This document shows, one piece after another, positions 1 to 13,052 of a stretch of 64,000 bases of DNA. The DNA comes from Mobula hypostoma. Lineage: Eukaryota. Made by a program: the position numbers and the translations under genes. The stretch lies in NCBI RefSeq assembly GCF_963921235.1, contig NC_086097.1, positions 92,196,001 through 92,260,000 of the forward strand, given 5' to 3'. How positions within the stretch are numbered: position 1 is the stretch's first letter; the number at the start of each line of letters is the position of its first letter. Below the pieces are notes generated by a model. The model worked only from the letters and a program-made list of their open reading frames with translations. It had not been told where the DNA came from and did not search any database.

Positions 1-859
1 TCACATCGTCCAAATCACCAGTTATCCTGTACACAGTCAAATTCCCCCAAATCACCAGTAATTCTGTAAACAGTCATACTCCCCAAATCACTGGTAATCT
101 TGTACACAGTCACATGACCCCCAAATCACTAGGAATCCTGTACACAGTCACATTCCTCCAAATCACTTGTTATCCTGTCCACATCACACACACTCAAATC
201 ACTAGTAAGTCAGTAAATAGTCACACTCCCCCCAAATCACTAGTAATCCTGTGCACAGACCAACACCCCTAAATCACGAGTAATCATGTACACAATCACA
301 AACGCCCCAAATCACAAGTAATCCTGTACACAGTCACACACCCTCAAATCACAAATAATACTGTACCCAGTCACACACCCTCCAAGTCAGTAGAAATTCT
401 TTATACAGTCACATTCCCCCCAACCACTAGTAATCCTGCACACAGTCACATACACCCAAATCACTAGCAATCCTGTACACAGTCACGGTGCCCTAAATCA
501 CTACTAATCCTGTATACAGTCACAGCCCCCCAAATCATTAGTAATCCTGTGCACAGTCACACTTCCTCGAAATCATCAGTAATCCTTTACACAATGACAT
601 TCCCCCCAAATTCCAAGTAATCCTGTACACAGTTACACTGCCTGCAAATCACTAATAATCCCGTACACAGTCACATCGTCTAAATCACCACTTATCCTGT
701 ACACAGTCAAATTCCCCCAAATCACCAGTAATTCTGTAAACAGTCATACTCCCCAAATCACTGGTAATCTTGTACACAGTCACATGACCCCCAAATCACT
801 AGTAATCCTGTACACAGTCACATTCCCCAAATCACGAGTAAATCTGTACACCTGCACAC
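1..859. repeat. Satellite array, ~37-38 bp monomer, segment 1 (runs off the left edge)
   Basis: Tandem diverged copies of AAATCACTAGTAATCCTGTACACAGTCACA followed by a C-rich variable linker. Confidence 0.97.
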
Positions 860-1759
860 TGTGACGAGAATACACATAGATTAAGATGTTAGCTGTCCTG
901 TGCTGGCACCAGTGGGATCAGCAGTTTGTCTGCCACCTGTCTTCAGGAGAAAGAGAGATAAGGAAAACAATGGAGGAGCATTTGGAGATGTTAATGAAGG
1001 GATGGGAGAGTTTAACGGAAGGAGAGCTGTCAAGATGGCTCCCCCTTTGAACCCTGAACTGTTTGAAGTGATGGACAGGCGATACCCCAGCAGGGGGATA
1101 AAAAGGGTCAGGTTTGCTAAGGCAAGACACACACGACACCCCGAGGTAACGAGACCCTGGAAGCGGTGCGTCTCCCACAAACCAGTGGGAAGTTTTGGAA
1201 GGCTGGTCGTGGGACCAAGCCATAGACGCATAGGGTGGAAAGGCATGATCAGCGGGAACCTGGTGTGTGTCCGCTCTTGCCTGGGTGCCAGGTTCACCGC
1301 AGAGAAACGATCGTATCTGGAAACGGAGGGGTCACGGTCAGTGACCTCAGAAGACATCACAAAGGGCTCGCCCGAAAGCTGACTGCGAAGAATATCGAAG
1401 GTCTGTGTGGAAGCCGTTTGAATATTCATTCGTTTTGCTCTCTCTCTCCCTCCTCCCACTGTCCATCTCCCACGGCAGTGATTACAGTGAACTGAATTGA
1501 ACTAAATTGAACTGAACTTTGTGTCACTTTGAAACTGGTCATTTACCCCTAGACGACAATAGAGCTTGATTGATCCTGTTATCCTAATTCTGAGTACATG
1601 TGTGTTTATCATTGCTGAACTGTTGCATTTATTATCCTTTTGATTAGAGTACTGTGTTGCTTGTTTCTTTAATAAAACTTTCTTAGTTCTAGTAATCCAG
1701 ACTCCAACTGAGTGATCCATTTCTGCTGGTTTGGCAACCCAGTTACGGGGTACGTAACA
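860..1759 (+). repeat. 5' LTR
   Basis: TGTGACGAGA...CGTAACA; TATA-like GATAAAAA near 1097; AATAAA at 1671; matches 4905-5804. Confidence 0.95.
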
Positions 1760-1763
1760 TAAG

Positions 1764-1781
1764 TGGGGGCTCGTCCAGGAT
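1764..1781 (+). other. Primer binding site complementary to the tRNA-Pro 3' end
   Basis: TGGGGGCTCGTCCAGGAT 4 nt after the LTR; one mismatch to the canonical TGGGGGCTCGTCCGGGAT. Confidence 0.9.
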
Positions 1782-1857
1782 TTTGAATGCTAAATTTGGG
1801 ACGGAGTAAATTGATTGGGTTAAAATTCCCAAAAGAAAGAAAAGACAAACAGCAGAA

Positions 1858-3114
1858 ATGGAGGTTAGGAATTTATAAAGGCGCCGACCTTGGAGGCATT
1901 AGAGGATGCCAGGAAAGCGGAATTGGCAGCTGTGGCCAAACGGTTGAATCTTGCTAAGGGGAAGTCAACAATGAGGAGAGAGGAGATACACAGAGCTATC
2001 GTAGAGCACTATGTATCTAAAGGTGTGTTTCCCCAAGGGGAGCTGGAGGTGGTGACTATTGAAAAACCTGCTGGAGACGCGGTACAGGTGCAGCTTGAAA
2101 AACTGAGACTCGAGCACGAGTTCCGGGTACAGCAGTTAGAACATGAAGAGGAAGCAGTTAGAAAGGCAGGAGAGAGAGTTAGAAAGGTGGGAGACAGAGA
2201 AACAGTTAGAAAGGCAGGAGAGCGAGAGACAGTTGGAGCGAGAAGAGAAAGAGAGGGACAAACAGTTGGAGAGAGAAGAGAAAGAGAGGCAATGGGAGCG
2301 AGAAGAGAGAGAGAGGCAGAGGGAAAGGGAATTTGAGCTGGAGAAGTTAATGATAAGGGCAGAGCAGGGGCCCGTGCCGAACCAAGGTGGAGGGTTCCGG
2401 GCGACCCAGGAGGTTAAGCTGGTTCCCCCATTTGATGATACCGACGTGGATCGGTACTTTCTCCATTTCGAAAAGGTTGCTACAAGTCAGGACTGGCCGA
2501 GGGATAAGTGGGCTGTTTTGCTTCAGAGTGTACTGAAAGGGAAAGCCCAACAAGCTTACTCAGCTTTGTCCGCGGAAGATGCCCAGAGGTATGAGGTGGT
2601 GAAGGAGGCCATCCTCAGGATTTATGAGTTGGTCCCGGAGGCATACCGGCAGAGGTTCCGGAATGCGAGGAAGCAGTGGGACCGCACGTATTTAGAGTTT
2701 GCCGGTGAGATGCAGACATATTGTGAGCATTGGTGCACCTCGAAGGGGGTAGAGGGGGATTATGACCGACTGCTACAGCTGATCCTGATTGAGCAGTTTA
2801 AAGGTTGTGTCCCTGAGGGTATGAGACCCTACCTAGATGAGAAAGAGGCAGCCACGTTAGCCGCAGCTGCTAAGTTAGCGGATGAGTATGCGTTGACGCA
2901 TAAAATGAAGTTTGCCCCGAGTAAAGGCTACCAGAAGGGTAGTCAGGACGGCGGGGAGAGTCCGCCAGAAAAGTCAGAAAGTAAGCCGGGGACTAGTGAG
3001 AAGGATAAGGTAGACCGGGAGCAGTCTGGTATAATTGCGGGAAAGTCGGACACTTTGCGTCCAGGTGCTTTGCCCCAAAGAAGGAGACGGGAAAAGGAAA
3101 AACGGGGATTTTGA
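1858..3114 (+). pseudogene. gag: gag, frameshifted: coiled-coil repeats, SCAN-like capsid domain, broken zinc knuckle
   Basis: ORFs 1890-2336 and 2143-3114. Motifs VPPFDD..VDRYFLHFE, LVPEAYRQRFRNARK and EQFKGCVP. An out-of-frame YNCGKVGHFASRC at ~3030-3068. Confidence 0.88.
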
Positions 3115-3179
3115 CTGGCTGTATCGAGCTGGTAAACGAACCGCTAGGAGAGGACAGGTCTGCCAAAGTTCAGGAAGGG

Positions 3180-4789
3180 CGCGAGAGGTTTACACGGGAG
3201 CGTGTCAGTCATTGATATTGAAGAGTGTATTAGAGTTTAGCTCAGAGACCCAGACTGGGGAGGTCAAGATCAAAGGTACTGGGGGAGGGACAGAGGCAGT
3301 CCCTTTGCACCAGATACACCTACAAAGCAACTTGGTCTCTGGACTAGTCACAATCGGGGTGAGGCCCGAATTACCGATGAAAGGCGTGGAAGTCTTGCTC
3401 GGTAATGACCTCGCCGGGGGAATCGTGTTCCCAGCCGTGAGATTGACAGGTCAGCCTGCCAGCATTGAGGCCCCGCCCATGGACTCACAGGTTCATCACG
3501 GGACTGCCGAAATAAATTTAGCTGAGACGTTTCTGCCAGCGTTGTACGAGAAGGGGGTAGAAAGTGAAAAGAAGGAGTGTAGTGAAACAAGAGGTAGTGA
3601 GGGAGCTGAGACAGACTTAGCATTAGCCAGGAAAGAATTTGTGCAGACGCAGGAGCGAGACGAGGGGCTGATGGTTTTGGCAGAGACTGCTCTCTCTGAC
3701 ACAGACTTAACAAGGGAACTAGTAGGCTATTGTGTGGAGGAGGAAGTGCTAAGGAAGAAAGGGAGACCAAGTACTGTGCCCGCAGATGAGGAATAGGGGG
3801 TGGTGCAAAAGAGTTATGGGGATGAGGTTTTTAACCTGGCCCACAAGGTACCCCCCGGTGGACATTTTGCGGTGCTGGAGGAAACAGTTGGTGGAATCAT
3901 GAAAGAGGTTTACCCGCAGGAAGGATATTATTGATTATGGCAGATGCGAACTGAGGCGGTCACAGGCTTTTGATATGCTAACAAATCTAGTCGGTGTTAG
4001 CGTAGAAATCAATGAAGCTAGGGTCCCCCTGATAAGAGAAGAAAACCATTTTAAAAAGATGAGTATGGTACCGACCAGATGGGAGAAGGCTATTGTTTTG
4101 GCCAGCTCTGCTGATAAGGTCTCTCCCTTAATCCCCGAACAAAGCGACTCTTTAGGAGAAGTAATTAAACGGCTTGCACACGTGTGTTTGATTGTCCCGA
4201 GGTGATGCAAAGAACTGGGACGTTGGGTGGTGTTTGTTACGCTAGTTCAGCCTGGTGAGCAACAACCCTATAGAATGAGTAATTCAGTGACGAAAGGGCT
4301 GACGAACACAGAGGTGTGTATTGGCAATGTAATACGGCTGTCTGAAGCCAGCTTGATAGTGAACCTTGAAAAAAATGAGTTCGGCCACACGAAGGTCACT
4401 TATCTGGGAATTGTGGTGACACAGGAGCAGCTGGCAGCGATGCAAGCTAAAGTGCAGGCTATCTCTGACATCCCAACCCCGACAGACAAGAGGGCCCTCA
4501 GAAGGCTCTTGGAGATGGTGGGGTACTGTAGGAAGTTTTGCAATAACTCTGCGGTTACTACCCCTCCCCCTCCTACTAAGCCCTTGCGAGAGAAAACTAA
4601 GTCAGAATGGGACGACCCTTGTTATTGTGGTCCGGGACGAAACCCAATGAGAAGTTACATTGATCGCAATTCATCAGTGTTTTTGGCCACTATGAAGTTT
4701 GCTAAGTTGGAGCCTGGTCTAAGGGATTATTAATAATACATATAAAAGGAACAGAAAATGTGATGGCTGACTGTCTGTCAAGGTGTTGA
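3180..4789 (+). pseudogene. pol: pol remnants in the order protease - integrase Zn finger - RT - RNase H
   Basis: YTGACQSLI and GVEVLLGNDL (protease); LAHKVPPGGH at ~3836 (integrase HH); QQPYRM, RLSEASLIVNLEK..VTYLG and VGYCRKF (RT); HIKGTENVMADCLSR at 4739-4783 (RNase H end). Confidence 0.82.
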
Positions 4790-4892
4790 CAACTTCAAAT
4801 TCGCTGTATTAGCCAAATAACTGATAAAGATGTATATTTGTGTATCAAATAATGTATTCATGTTTGTAATTTTTACCCCGGTAAAAATCCTT

Positions 4893-4904
4893 AAAGGTGG
4901 GAGG
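4893..4904 (+). other. Polypurine tract
   Basis: AAAGGTGGGAGG directly before the 3' LTR. Confidence 0.8.
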
Positions 4905-5804
4905 TGTGACGAGAATACACATAGATTAAGATGTAGCTGGCCTGTGCTGGCACCAGTGGGATCAGCAGTTGGTCTGCCACCTGTCTTCAGGAGAAAGAGA
5001 GATAAGGAAAACAATGGAGCAGCATTTGGAGATGTTAATGAAGGGATGGGAGAGTTTAACGGAAGGAGAGCTGTCAAGATCAGCTCCCCCTTTGAACCCT
5101 GAACTGTTTGAAGTGATGGACAGGCAATACCCCAGCAGGGGGATAAAAAGGGACAGGTTCGCTAAGGCAAGACACACACGACACTCCGAGGTAATGAGAC
5201 CCTGGAAGCGGTGCATCTCCCACAAGTCGGTGGGAAGTTTTGGAAGGCTGGTCGCGGAACCAAGCCATAGATGCACAGGGTGGAAAGGCACGATCAGCGG
5301 GAACCTGGTGTGTGTCCGCCCTTGCCTGGGTGCTAGGTTCACCGCAGAGAAACGATCGTATCTGGAAACGGAGGGGTCACGGTCGGTGACCTCAGAAGAC
5401 ATCACAAAGGGCTCGCCCGAAAGCTGACTGCGAAGAATATCGAAGGTCTGTGTGGAAGCCGTTTGAATATTCATTCATTTTGCTCTCTCTCTCCTTCCCC
5501 CCATTGTCCATCTCCTACGGCAGTGATTACTGTGAACTGAACTGAACTAAATTGAACTGAACTTTGCGTCACTTTGAAACTGGTCATTTACCCCTAGACG
5601 ACGATAGAGCTTGATTGATCCTGTTATCCTAATTATGTGTACATGTGTGTTTATCATTGCTGAACTGTTGCATTTATTATCCTTTTGATTAGAGTACCGT
5701 GTTGCTTGTTTCTTTAATAAAACTTCCTTAGTTCTAGTAATCCAGACTCCAACTAAGTGATCCATTTCTGCTGGTTTGGCAACCCAGTTACGGGGTTCGT
5801 AACA
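4905..5804 (+). repeat. 3' LTR
   Basis: Direct repeat of 860-1759 with scattered substitutions and small indels. Confidence 0.95.
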
Positions 5805-8800
5805 ACACTCACCCAAATCACAAGTAATTCCGTACACAGTCATATTCTCCCAAATCACTAGTAACGCTGTACACTGTCACACTCCCCCCAAATCACCACT
5901 AATCCAGTACACAGTCATACTCCCCCAAAATCACAAGTAATCCTGTACGCAGTCACACCCCCTTAATTCACTAGTAATCCTTTACCAGACACATCACACT
6001 AAATCACTAGAAATTCTGTACAAAGTCACATCCCCGCAAATCACAAGTAATCATCTACACAGTCACACTATCCCTAAATCACTAGTAATCCTTTACACAG
6101 CTATATACTTCCAAATCACCAGTAATATTGTACACAGTCAACTCCCTCCAAATCACTAGGAATCCTTTACACAGTCAAACTCCCTCAAAATCACTAGTAG
6201 TTCTGTACACAGTTACTTCCCACCAAATCAATTGAAATCCTGTACACAGTGACATCCCCCAAATCACTCATAATCCTGTACACAGTCAGATTCCCCCAAA
6301 TCACTAGTAATCCTGTACACTGTCACACTCCCCCAAATCACCATTGATCCAGCACACAGTCACAAGTAATCCTGTACACAGTCAGCCCCTCTAAATTACT
6401 AGTAATCCTTTACACAGTCACATCACACTAAATCACTGGAAATTCTGTACAAAGTCACATCCCCACAAATCAGTAGTAATCCTCTACACAGTCACACTCC
6501 CCTAAATCACTAGTAATCCTGTACAGAGCTATAGACTCCCAAATCACCAGTAATACTGTACACAGTCAAGTCCCTCCAAATCACTAGGAATCCTTTACAT
6601 AGTCACACTCCCCCAAAATCACTAGTAATCCTGTACAGAGTCACAATCCCCCAAATCACTAATAGTCCTGTACAGTTACACACCTCAAAATCACTAGCAA
6701 TCCTGTACACAATCACTCCCCCACAAATTACTAGTAATCCTGTCCACAGTCACACTCCCCCAAATCACTAGTAATCCTGTACACAGTCACATCACCACAA
6801 ACCACTGTACACAGTGACACACTGCTAAATCAGTCATAATCCTGTACACAGTTACTCTCCCTCCAAATCACTAGTAATCCTTTACACAATAACACTCACC
6901 CCAAATCACTAGTAATTTTGTACACAGTTACACTCCCCTCAAATCACTAGTAAAGCTGTACACAGTCACACTCTGGCAAATCACAAGTAATCCCATACAC
7001 TGTCACACACTCAAATCACTAATAACCCTCTACACAACCACATCCCCCAAAACCACTAGTAATTATTTACACAGTAACACTCCTGCAAAAAAACTAGTAA
7101 TCCTGTTGCAAAAAACTAGTAATCCTGTACAAAGTCACAACCCCCTAAATCACTAGTAATCCTGTGCACAGACCCACACCCCTAAATCACTAGTAATCCT
7201 GTACACAGTCACACACCCGCAAATCACAAGTAATATTGTACATAGTCACACATCCCCTAAATCACCAGTAATCCGGTACACAGTTAACACCCCCAAATCA
7301 CTTGTAATACTGTACACAGTCACACCTCCTTCAAATCACTAGGAATCATTTACACAGTCACACTCTCCCCTAAGCACCAGTAATCCTGTACAGAGTAACA
7401 CTCACCCAAATCACTAGTAACCCTGTACACAGCAACACACCCGTAAATCACTAGTAATTCTGTACACAATCACATTCCCCCAACTGACTAATAATCCTGT
7501 ACACAGTCACTCTCCCCCTAATCACCAGTAATCCTGTACACATTCACATCCCCCCAAATCAGCAGTAATCCTGTACACAGTCACATCCCCCCAAATCACT
7601 AATAATGATGTACAGTCACACTCACACAAATCACTAGTAAAGCTGTACACAGTCACATCTCCCCAAATCACTTGAAATCCTGTACACAGTCACATTCCCC
7701 AAATCACTAGTAATCCTGTACACAGTTACACTCCCTCAAAATACGAATGATCCTGAAAACTGTCACATCCCCGCCAAAACACTATTATTCCTGTACATAG
7801 TCACATTCCCCAAATCATGAGTAAATCTGTACACCTTCACACTCACCCAAATCACTAGTAATTCCATACACAGTCACATTATCCCAAATCACGACTAACC
7901 ATGTACACAGTCATATCCCCCAAATCACTGCTAATCCAGTATACAGTCACACTCACCCCAAATCACAAATAATCCTGTATACAGTCACACCCCTTTAAAT
8001 CACTAGAAATTCTGTACAAGTCACGTCCCCACAAATCACTAGTAATTCTCTACACAGTCACACTCCCCTAATTCACTAGTAATCCTGTACACAACTATAC
8101 ACTCTCAAATCACCAGTAATACTGTACAGTGACCCTCCTCTAAATCACTAGTAATCCTTTACACAGTCACACTCTCCTAAATTACTAGTAACCTGTACAC
8201 AACTATACACTCTCAAGTCACCAGTAATACTGTACACAGTCACACTCCTCCAAATCACTAGGGAACCTTTACACAGTCACACACCCCAAAATCAATAGTA
8301 ATCCTATACACATTCACACCCCCAAATTACTAGTAATCCTGTACACAGACACAAACCCCCCAAATCACAATCATTTTATACACAGTCACACACCACCAAA
8401 TCACTAGTAATCTTGTACACAGTCACACTCCCTCCAACCACTGGTAATCCTTTACAAAATGACACTCACCCCAAATCACTAGTAATCTTGTACACAGTCA
8501 CACTCCTCCAAATCACTAGTAATCCTGTACACAGTCACATTCCCCCAAAATCACTAGTAATCCTGTACACAGTCAGAGTCCCCCTAATCACAAGTAATCC
8601 TCTACAGAGTCACATACCCCCAAAGCACTAGTAATCATTTACACAGTCAAATTCCTCCCAAACCACTAGTAATTCTGTACACACTCACATCCCACCAAAT
8701 CACTTGTAATCCGGTACATGGTCACAGCTCCCCAAATCACAAGCAATCCTGTACACAGACACATTCCCCCCAAGTCACTAGTAATCATGTACACAGTCAC

Positions 8801-10114
8801 ATCCCCCAAAATCACTAGTAATCCTGTACACAGTCACATTCCCAAAAATCACTAGTAATCCTGTACATAGTCACATTTCCCCCAAACCACTTGTAATCCT
8901 GTACACAATCACATCACTCCAAATCACCCATACTCCTGTCCACATTCACACACCCCTAAATCACTAGTCATCCTGTACACAGTCATAACAGCACAAATCA
9001 CAACTAATCCAGTACACAATCACACTCCCCCAAATCAGTAGTAATCCTGTACATAGTCACATCACCCCAAATCACTACTAATCCAGCACACAGTCACACT
9101 CCCCCAAATCACTAGTAATCATATACACAGTCACACACCCACAAATCACTAGTTATCCTGTACTCAGTCATACACCCCCAAGTCACTAGTAATCATATAC
9201 AGTCACACACCCCCAAATCTCTAGTTATCCTGTACACAGTCGCATCACCCCAAATCACTAGTAATCCTGTACACAGTCACACTCCCTCCAAATCACTAGA
9301 AATCCTTTACACGATGACACTCACCCCAAATCACTAGTAATCTTGTACACAGTTACACTCCCCAAAATCACTAATAATTCTGCACACAGTCACACACCCC
9401 CAAATCACTAGTAATCCTGTACACAGTCACATTCCCTCAAAATTTACCTAGTCAAATTCTCCCCAAATCACTAGTAATTCTGTATGCAATCACATCCCAC
9501 CAAGTCACTGGTAATCCTATATACAGTCACAGCTCCCCAAATCACAAGCAATCTTGTACACAGTCACATTACCCCCAAACCACTAGTAATCCTGTACACT
9601 GTTCCATCCACCAAAATCACTAGTAGTCCAGTACACTGTAACACTCCCGCCAATCACTACCAATTCTGTACAGAGTCACATTCCCCCCAAATCGCTAGTT
9701 ATCCTGTATAGAGTCACACTCCCCCAAATCACCCATAATCCTGTCCACATTTACTACTCACGAGTATTTCTGTAAACGGTCACACCCCCCAAATCACTAG
9801 TTATCCTGTACATAGTCATATCACCCCAAATCACTAGTAGTCCAGTACACTGTAACACTCCTGCAAATCACTACTAATTCTGTACAGAGTCACATTCCCC
9901 CCAAATCACTAGTAATTCTGTACACAGTCACACTCTGCTAAATCACTAGTAATCCTTTACACAATGACACTCACCCCAACTCACTAGTAATCTTGTACAC
10001 AGTTTCACTCCCCCCAAATCACTAATAATCCTGTACACAGTCACACTCACCCCAAAACACTGGTAATCCTGTACACTGTCACATCCCCAAATTAACTAGT
10101 AATCCTGTACACAG
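5805..10114. repeat. Satellite array, segment 2
   Basis: Same monomer. Confidence 0.97.
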
Positions 10115-11070
10115 TGTGAGGGGATTCAGGAGTACCCCTATTAACTGTTTGGAGAGAGACATTTATCATTGATGGTTTGTTTGGAAAGGAGAGAGAGACA
10201 GAGTTATTTACCACTGATATGTTGCTTTTGAAAAGAGAGAGAGAGACGAAGATTAACGGTTGGACTGTCACTTTAAGGCATTGGAAGTAACTTTGGATTT
10301 TTACTGAGTTTGGAGTTGGAGACAGCACCGAGCAGCTCGAAGGTTGCTATGGTGACCGAAGGCTGGTTGTTGATGTTACTTCCAAGGACATGTTGCCTGC
10401 TTGTGCACTCCTTTACAGACAAAGGAAGGAGGGACTCTTTGAATGACAGGTGATGCTCAGCCTGGTGAAATAAATGGGAGATCAGATGATACAGACCTCA
10501 GGACACATGATCTGGACACTGAATGAGCATTGCTGTGCCCGCAGAGAAAGTGGGTTTTGGAGGATCGATCAGGTGGATCGATTCCAAATTGCTATTCCAT
10601 CAGTGAAGAAGGGGTTGACTGGTGGGGAGTTGTCTATGTGTCCACCCTTGCTGGGGTGTTAGCTCCACCACAGGAAGACCGGTCCCCCTGGTTAAAGTCA
10701 CAGTCGGTGACTTGTGAAGGATTTCGGAGGACGACGAGAAGATCGATGGCATCAGCTCACCTGAAGACTCAACTCACTCACTCTCTCTCTCCATCACTAC
10801 TCAACTAAATACCACGAACTGAACTGAACTTTACTCAACATCGTAAGACTGTATCTTTTTACCCCTAGACTGAAAGAAACTTGGTTTTTTCATACATATA
10901 TATTCCACACTTACTTTTATATATAATCATGCTAACCTGTTTGATTTATCTACACTCATATTACTGTATTGCGTAGTTACTAATAAATATTAGTAGTTTA
11001 TAGCAATACAAGACTCCAAAGTGTTTTCCGTCTCTGCTGGTTCTTTATCCCCGTCACGGGGTCCATGACA
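10115..11070 (+). mobile_element. Solo LTR, distantly related to the 860-5804 LTR family
   Basis: TGTGAG...TGACA ends, ACAG TSD (10111-10114, 11071-11074), AATAAA near 10982; shares GAACTGAACT, TTTACCCCTAGAC, AGACTCCAA, CTGCTGGTT and the ACGGGGT terminal motif. Confidence 0.88.
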
Positions 11071-11756
11071 ACAGTCACAACCCCCCCCCAAATCACTCGA
11101 AATCCTGCACACAGTAACACTCCCGCAAATTACAAGTAATTCTGTTCACAGTCACATCCCCCAAATCACTAGTAAGCCTGTAAACAGTCACACCCCCCCC
11201 AAATCACTAGTAATCTTGTGCACAGACCCACACCCCTAAATCACTAGTAATACTGTACACAGTCAAACTCCCTCCCAGTTGCTAAGAATCCTTTACACAG
11301 TCGCATTCCCCCCAAATCTCTGGTAATACTGCGCAGAGTCACACTCCTCCAAATCACTAGTAATCCTGCACACAGTCACACTGCACCAAGTCACAGCTAA
11401 TCCAGTACACATTGCACTCCCCCAAAATCAGTAGTAATCCTGTACAAAGTCACCCCCCCAAATCACTAGTAATCCTGTACACAGTCATATTCTCCCAAAT
11501 CACGAGTAACCATGTACACAGTCACATCCCCCAAATCGCTAGTAATCCTGTACACAGCCAAACTCCCCCAAATCACTAGAAATCCTGCACGCTGTCACAC
11601 TCCCCCCAAATCACCACTAATCCAGTACACAGTCACACTCCCCCCAAATCATAAATAATCCTGTACACAGTCACACCCCGCTAAATCACTAGTAATCCTT
11701 TACACAGTCACATCGCACTAAATCACTAGTAATCCTGTACAAAGTTACATCCCCAC
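11071..11756. repeat. Satellite array, segment 3
   Basis: Same monomer. Confidence 0.97.
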
Positions 11757-13052
11757 TGTCACCATGGGGGTGTTGGGAATGGACCCAAATGCACGACACA
11801 GACACTGAAGTACAAAGAACAGGACTTGACTAGAGGAGGGACGTGACAGGATACAGACAAGGAGCAGAGACAAGAATGCAGACTAGGGCTTGGACCCCAA
11901 GCCAGAGACTGGACAAGGACCCAGAACCTGGGTCTTGCCTCGGGCTCGGGCCACAGAACCAGGCATGGACATGACATGACTGCAGGACTGGAGGCTGGGG
12001 TCTTGAGGCTTGAGGCTTGAGTCTGGGGTCTTGGTCTTGAGGTTTGAGCTTGGAGACAGGCTGGGTTCTTGGTATTGAGGCTTCAAGCTTGGAGAGAGGC
12101 TTGGGGTCTTGGTCTTGAGGCTTGAGCTTGGGGACAGGCTGGGGTCTTGGCCTGGAGGGTTGAGCTTGGAGACAGGTTGGGGTCTTGGTCTAGAGGCTTG
12201 AGCTTGGAGACAGGCTGGGGTCTTGGTCTTGAGGCCTGCAGGCTGGGGTCTTGGGTCTTGGGTCTTGGGTCTAGGGTACTTCGAGGCTTGGGTATGGACT
12301 TTGAGCCAGAGACTGGGCAAGGACCCAGAACCTGGGACTTGACTTGGGCTCAGACTCCAGAACTAGGCGAGGACAAGACGAGGCTACAGGACTGGACATG
12401 GCTTGGGTGTGGAACTCCTGGGTAGGGTGAGACACAAGGACAGGACTCGGATAGGACTGGGCTAGGCACGACTGGACGAGGGCCTTCAGGAGCATGGAGC
12501 CTTGGACTAGAAGAGACAGGAACATGGAACACAGAGCCAGGACCACTACTTGGGAACAGGACGTAGGGCTGGGACTCATACACAGAACACTGAACATGAA
12601 AAGATGGATCCCAACACAAGGTGGCGGCAAACGGCCAGATCCACCTAGCGAGGATGTGGACACAGAGACAGATCCCAACACTAGGTAGCAGCAAACGGCC
12701 AGACCTACCTAGCAAAGGTGTGGACACTGAGAGACAATTCCACACAACAAAAGACAGTTCTTTATCTTGACCTAACAAGGCTCCGGTCTTGCTCAGCGAT
12801 ACAGGCTGGGTAAACAGGTGGGGTATCCAGGTTAGGTGAGCAGGCAGAGAGTTAGGCAAGTGGAGAAAGACAAGGAGGGGAACAGGACAGTCCAGCTGGG
12901 AATCCCTGGTTTGCAAAGGTATTTATGTCTCAGCCCCAAAATGAGAAATATGTGCCCACAACAGAAACTGGGGAAAACCAGAATCCCCGGAACAAGGAAC
13001 CATGGACTGGACTGTGAACCAGAACACGGACTTCACGGACCGGACTATGACA
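11757..13052 (-). mobile_element. Solo LTR (Gypsy-type, 5-bp TSD) with an internal tandem array
   Basis: TGTCA...TGACA termini and CCCAC TSD (11752-11756, 13053-13057). Minus strand shows a CATAAATA TATA-like motif and a GCATTTGGGTCC 3' end; orientation is inferred. Confidence 0.82.
12031..12270. repeat. ~38 bp tandem repeat, about 6 copies, inside the solo LTR
   Basis: Repeats of TTGGTCTTGAGGCTTGAGCTTGGAGACAGGCTGGGGTC. Confidence 0.85.

Larger units (their letters stand above)
860..5804 (+). mobile_element. Gypsy (Gmr1-like) LTR retrotransposon, both LTRs present, internally deleted and non-autonomous
   Basis: 900-bp direct repeats with TG..CA ends (860-1759, 4905-5804), ACAC TSD (856-859, 5805-5808), PBS, PPT, and gag/pol remnants. 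Confidence 0.95.
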
